DNA from: Anaerolinea sp.
Lineage (GTDB): Bacteria; Chloroflexota; Anaerolineae; Anaerolineales; Villigracilaceae
DNA length: 64,000 nucleotides
Direction of reading: 5' to 3'
NCBI GenBank assembly: GCA_020047815.1
Contig: JAIFNG010000015.1
Location: forward strand, 2,048-66,047
Part shown: in pieces, positions 61,295 to 64,000 of the stretch
How positions within the stretch are numbered: the first letter of the stretch is position 1
How the letters are laid out: every line of letters begins with the position of its first letter
Program-made: the position numbers and the translations under genes
Notes under the pieces: model-generated
The model's input: only the letters and a program-made list of their open reading frames with translations
Told to the model about the DNA's origin: nothing
Databases searched by the model: none

Positions 61295-62293
61295 ATGACA
61301 GAACGTATGGCTCTATATTTGCAAGACTCTCATGATTTGCGCGATGGAATGGATTACGCCAGGTACGCAGAGGAAAAAGGCTTTGAGGCAGTTTGGCAGG
61401 CAGAAAGCCGTCTGGTGCGCGATGCGATCGTGCCGATGGCCGCCTATGCTGCTGTGACCAAAACGCTCAAAGTAGGTTCTGGTGTCATCAATAATTGGAC
61501 ACGTAACATTGGTTTGCTCGCCGCAACCTTCCTGACACTCGATGACCTCGCTCCGAACCGCATTATCTGCGGTATTGGGGCGTGGTGGGATCCGCTAGCC
61601 AAGAACGTGGGCATTGATCGTCGTAAGCCCCTGCTTGCCATGCGTGAAACCGTTGAAGTGATGCGCCGCCTGCTAAACATGGAGAGAGTCACCTTCCATG
61701 GAGAATTCCATCACGTCGATGGCATCGAACTGGACGTGGTACATGGCCGCCGTGAACCGCGCAATGTGCCGATCATGATCGGCGCCACCGGTGACCTGAT
61801 GATGGAAATGACCGGCGAGATCGCGGATGGCTGTGTGATGAATTACTGCGTCGCCCCTGAATACAACGACAGGGCACTCGAACTGCTCATCAAAGGCGCA
61901 ACAAAAGCCGGGCGCAAGATCGAAGATATTGACCGTCCGCAATTGATCGTCTGCTCGGTGGATGAAGACCACGACAAGGCGATTGACTACAGCAAGATGC
62001 TTCTTTGCCAGTACATGGCGCAGCAACCGCATATCGCCAAAGCTTCTGGCGTATCGGACGAAGTGGTTCACGAAATCCAATCCATTTTGGGTTGGCCCGC
62101 CACCAAGGAACAGATCAACAAAGCCAAACATCTTGTCCCCGACGAACTCGTGCTCAAGATCACAGCCTCCGGTACTCCATCTGAAGCTCGCGCCAAGGTT
62201 GCCGAATACACCAAGCGCGGTTGCACCTGCCCCATCCTGTACCCTGTTGGTGGAAATTTCAAGTTGCTAATTGACACGTTTGCACAGAAGTAA
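61295..62293 (+). CDS. LLM-class F420-dependent oxidoreductase (Mer-like)
   Basis: [33 protein letters not shown]. Confidence 0.85.
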   Translation: MTERMALYLQDSHDLRDGMDYARYAEEKGFEAVWQAESRLVRDAIVPMAAYAAVTKTLKVGSGVINNWTRNIGLLAATFLTLDDLAPNRIICGIGAWWDPLAKNVGIDRRKPLLAMRETVEVMRRLLNMERVTFHGEFHHVDGIELDVVHGRREPRNVPIMIGATGDLMMEMTGEIADGCVMNYCVAPEYNDRALELLIKGATKAGRKIEDIDRPQLIVCSVDEDHDKAIDYSKMLLCQYMAQQPHIAKASGVSDEVVHEIQSILGWPATKEQINKAKHLVPDELVLKITASGTPSEARAKVAEYTKRGCTCPILYPVGGNFKLLIDTFAQK

Positions 62294-62371
62294 CCTGCAG
62301 TGAAAATTCGCTGATACCGACCACTTTACAGTGAAATTACAGGAATAAACACCCTGTCTCTTAAACCAAGT

Positions 62372-62404
62372 AAAAAATCCACGTCGCCTTGACGTGGATT
62401 TTTT
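62372..62404 (+). terminator. Intrinsic terminator ending the F420 cluster
   Basis: AAAAAATCCACGTC / GACGTGGATTTTTT. Confidence 0.85.
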
Positions 62405-62425
62405 GTTGTGATATTCTTGCCCCAA

Positions 62426-62454
62426 TCGACTAGACTGACCAGTCGGTCTATGAT
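62426..62454 (+). promoter_or_regulatory. Promoter with an embedded TetR-type operator
   Basis: TCGACT-17-TATGAT enclosing the imperfect palindrome TAGACTGACC/AGTCGGTCTA. Confidence 0.55.
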
Positions 62455-62458
62455 AACC

Positions 62459-63076
62459 ATGGACACACCAAACCCCACCCACACACAGGAAACTCGGACT
62501 CGTATTCTCGAAGCGGCTGTGAAAGTCTTTGCTACCAAGGGTTATCACGACACAAAAGTGGATGACATTGTCAGCGAATCAAGCACATCCAAAGGATCGT
62601 TCTATTTTTACTTTCCCAGCAAACAGGATATCTTCCTTGCGTTGAGCGACACTTTTGCGGATCTCCTGGAGTCACGCCTGACACAAGCAATGGAAAAAGA
62701 GACTCACGGTATTCAGCAAATGGATGCTGCCTTAAGCGCCAGCCTTGGATTATTCAGCCAATATCGTGGATTGGCAAAGATCGCACTAGTGCAGGCTGTA
62801 GGATTAGGTGCAGTTTTCGAGGAGCGCCGCCGCACAATAAATAATCGTCTCACGATCATCATTCAATCGCGGCTCGAACGCGCAGTGGAGGACGGCAGCA
62901 TCCCTCCCCTGCAGACTGAGATCTCAGCGCGGGCATGGGTAGGCGCATTAAATGAGGTAGTGATCAATTGGATCTATACCGGCACGCCGACATTGGAAGA
63001 ATCGCTTCCAGCATTAAGACAGTTTTTGGCGCGCTCGATCGGAGTCCCTGAAGATCGTATCCTGCCGATGCATTAG
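62459..63076 (+). CDS. TetR/AcrR family regulator
   Basis: RILEAAVKVFATKGY...SKGSFYFYFPSK. Confidence 0.92.
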   Translation: MDTPNPTHTQETRTRILEAAVKVFATKGYHDTKVDDIVSESSTSKGSFYFYFPSKQDIFLALSDTFADLLESRLTQAMEKETHGIQQMDAALSASLGLFSQYRGLAKIALVQAVGLGAVFEERRRTINNRLTIIIQSRLERAVEDGSIPPLQTEISARAWVGALNEVVINWIYTGTPTLEESLPALRQFLARSIGVPEDRILPMH

Positions 63077-63189
63077 TAATATTTCCTTAATATTGAGGAT
63101 CTTTTTCCCATCAGGCTTGCCCCACCGGCGACATTATAGAGATTATGTGTTTATTCAGAAGGACACAAACAAAAAAGGAGTTTATTTTC

Positions 63190-64000
63190 ATGCTTCCCCA
63201 ACATTCAAGATATTTACTCATTCTCGCCCTGGGATTATTCCTCAGTGCCTGCGGAGCACCAGCCACAACTACGCCAGTCCCAGGTGTATCAACGGATGCG
63301 GCTGTTTTGGAATCTGTCACTTTAAGGATCGCCGTCCTGCCTATCATCGACACTCTTCCTATGTATGTTGCGCAAAAGGAAGACTTGTTTGCAAAATACG
63401 GAGTAAAAGTTGAATTTGTGCCTGTCGCATCTGCCCCCGAACGAGATCAACTTCTGGCAGCCGCCCAGGCAGACGGGGCCGTAAATGAGATACTCTCTGA
63501 CATGCTTTTTAACAAAGATATCATTCAAATACAAGCCGTGCGCTATGCACTGCGTCCCGCTGAAAACGCAGGTCATTTTTTTATCATCACATCAGCCAGG
63601 AGCGGCATCACCAATGTTCAGGCGTTAAAAGGGGTTGAAGTCGGTGTTTCGCAAGGAACGATCATCGAGTATGTCACCGAGCGGCTATTACAGGCCGAAG
63701 GATTTACAAGCGATGAGATCAAAACCATTGCCGTGCCGAAAATCCCTGACCGCATGGCGCTGCTGGCCTCAGGTGAATTGAACGCGGGCGTACTGCCTGA
63801 TCCGCTGGGAGCGCTGGCAGTCCAACAGGGTGCAGTCATCGTGCTTGATGACTCAAAGCATCCCGAATACGGCTTCAGCGTAATTTCCTTCCGAAAGGAA
63901 ATAATTGATGAGAACCCCGAAGCGATCAAGGGCTTTCTCAGGGCGATCGAAGAAGCAACCAACCTGCTTAATGCAGACGCAGCAAAGTACACGACCGTCT
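63190..64000 (+). CDS. ABC transporter substrate-binding lipoprotein (NitT/TauT/NMT1-like); truncated by the window end
   Basis: Read by hand (absent from the ORF track because there is no stop): MLPQHSRYLLILALGLFLSACG...LRIAVLPIIDTLPMYVAQKEDLF...; AAGGAG SD. Confidence 0.85.
   Translation, partial: MLPQHSRYLLILALGLFLSACGAPATTTPVPGVSTDAAVLESVTLRIAVLPIIDTLPMYVAQKEDLFAKYGVKVEFVPVASAPERDQLLAAAQADGAVNEILSDMLFNKDIIQIQAVRYALRPAENAGHFFIITSARSGITNVQALKGVEVGVSQGTIIEYVTERLLQAEGFTSDEIKTIAVPKIPDRMALLASGELNAGVLPDPLGALAVQQGAVIVLDDSKHPEYGFSVISFRKEIIDENPEAIKGFLRAIEEATNLLNADAAKYTTV

Overview
A gene-dense bacterial chromosomal segment with about 57 CDS and roughly 50% GC by eye. The Pro/Thr-linker lipoproteins, an NBR1-Ig lipoprotein, F420 genes and apparently leaderless genes suggest an Anaerolineales-like Chloroflexota genome (inference). 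I found no rRNA, tRNA, CRISPR array, transposase or prophage. Main blocks: (1) lrp, tyrosine phenol-lyase, panB, an unknown 420-aa protein and a CBS-fused amino-acid dehydrogenase that lacks glutamate-specificity residues; (2) a MacAB-type exporter with lipoproteins and an OmpR/BaeS-type two-component system, with 11-bp-periodic boxes nearby; (3) an SPL-like radical SAM enzyme fused to a PolX-type 8-kDa HhH domain; (4) an NAD-linked formate dehydrogenase operon divergent from a GntR-led operon encoding a corrinoid protein, three non-pyrrolysine MttB paralogues, S9 and M20 hydrolases and a methyl-THF:corrinoid methyltransferase, followed by an APC-USP permease (probable Na+ riboswitch) and a stand-alone homocysteine methyltransferase; (5) housekeeping genes and a NACHT-HEAT protein; (6) an F420 cluster (npdG, cofE, PPOX, nitroreductase, cofD, cofC, Mer-like LLM) with no Fo synthase in the window, next to a TetR/ABC importer. 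The best candidates for undescribed biology are the hydrolase-coupled multi-MttB demethylation and formate-oxidation system, a possible deazaflavin-salvage locus, and the panB-unknown-dehydrogenase module. All family calls come from motif recognition only; no searches were run.
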